From the human T2T-CHM13v2.0 reference genome, Homo sapiens: 64,000 bases of DNA. The notes below the pieces were generated by a model. The model searched no databases and was not told the DNA's origin. It saw nothing but the letters and a program-made list of their open reading frames with translations. Positions within the stretch are counted from its first letter, which is position 1; each line of letters starts with the position of its first letter. Shown one piece after another: positions 62,790 to 64,000 of the stretch. The position numbers and the translations under genes are program-made. The DNA lies in the NCBI RefSeq assembly GCF_009914755.1, contig NC_060932.1. One strand, 5' to 3'.

Positions 62790-64000
<1,211 letters not shown>

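Overview
AT-rich primate (most likely human) genomic DNA. Bases ~1-51,700 hold the 3' part of PHF20L1 (PHD finger protein 20-like 1) on the + strand. Seventeen GT-AG coding exons (labelled A-Q here) splice into one uninterrupted frame of 2,714 nt: end of the second Tudor domain, a long low-complexity linker with a Lys-rich NLS-like exon, a C4HC3 PHD finger, a helical C-terminus and a stop at 49104-49106. A ~2.6-kb 3' UTR follows. The rest (~52-64 kb) is intergenic, mostly old L1 fragments and Alus; from recall, TG lies beyond the window end. No prokaryotic-type system, RNA gene or CRISPR array is present, and I cannot support a wholly new biological system. The most interesting signal is the splicing architecture of PHF20L1. 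There is a ladder of candidate truncating exits between the Tudor and PHD domains, two exons that rebuild a 5' splice site at their own start, two NAGNAG acceptors and many purine-AG acceptors. Also notable are several hairpins, a MADE1 nested in an L1PA, and an unexplained coding-like 1.5-kb intergenic segment. Some alternative exons may already be annotated; I could not check. Repeat boundaries and subfamilies are by eye and approximate.
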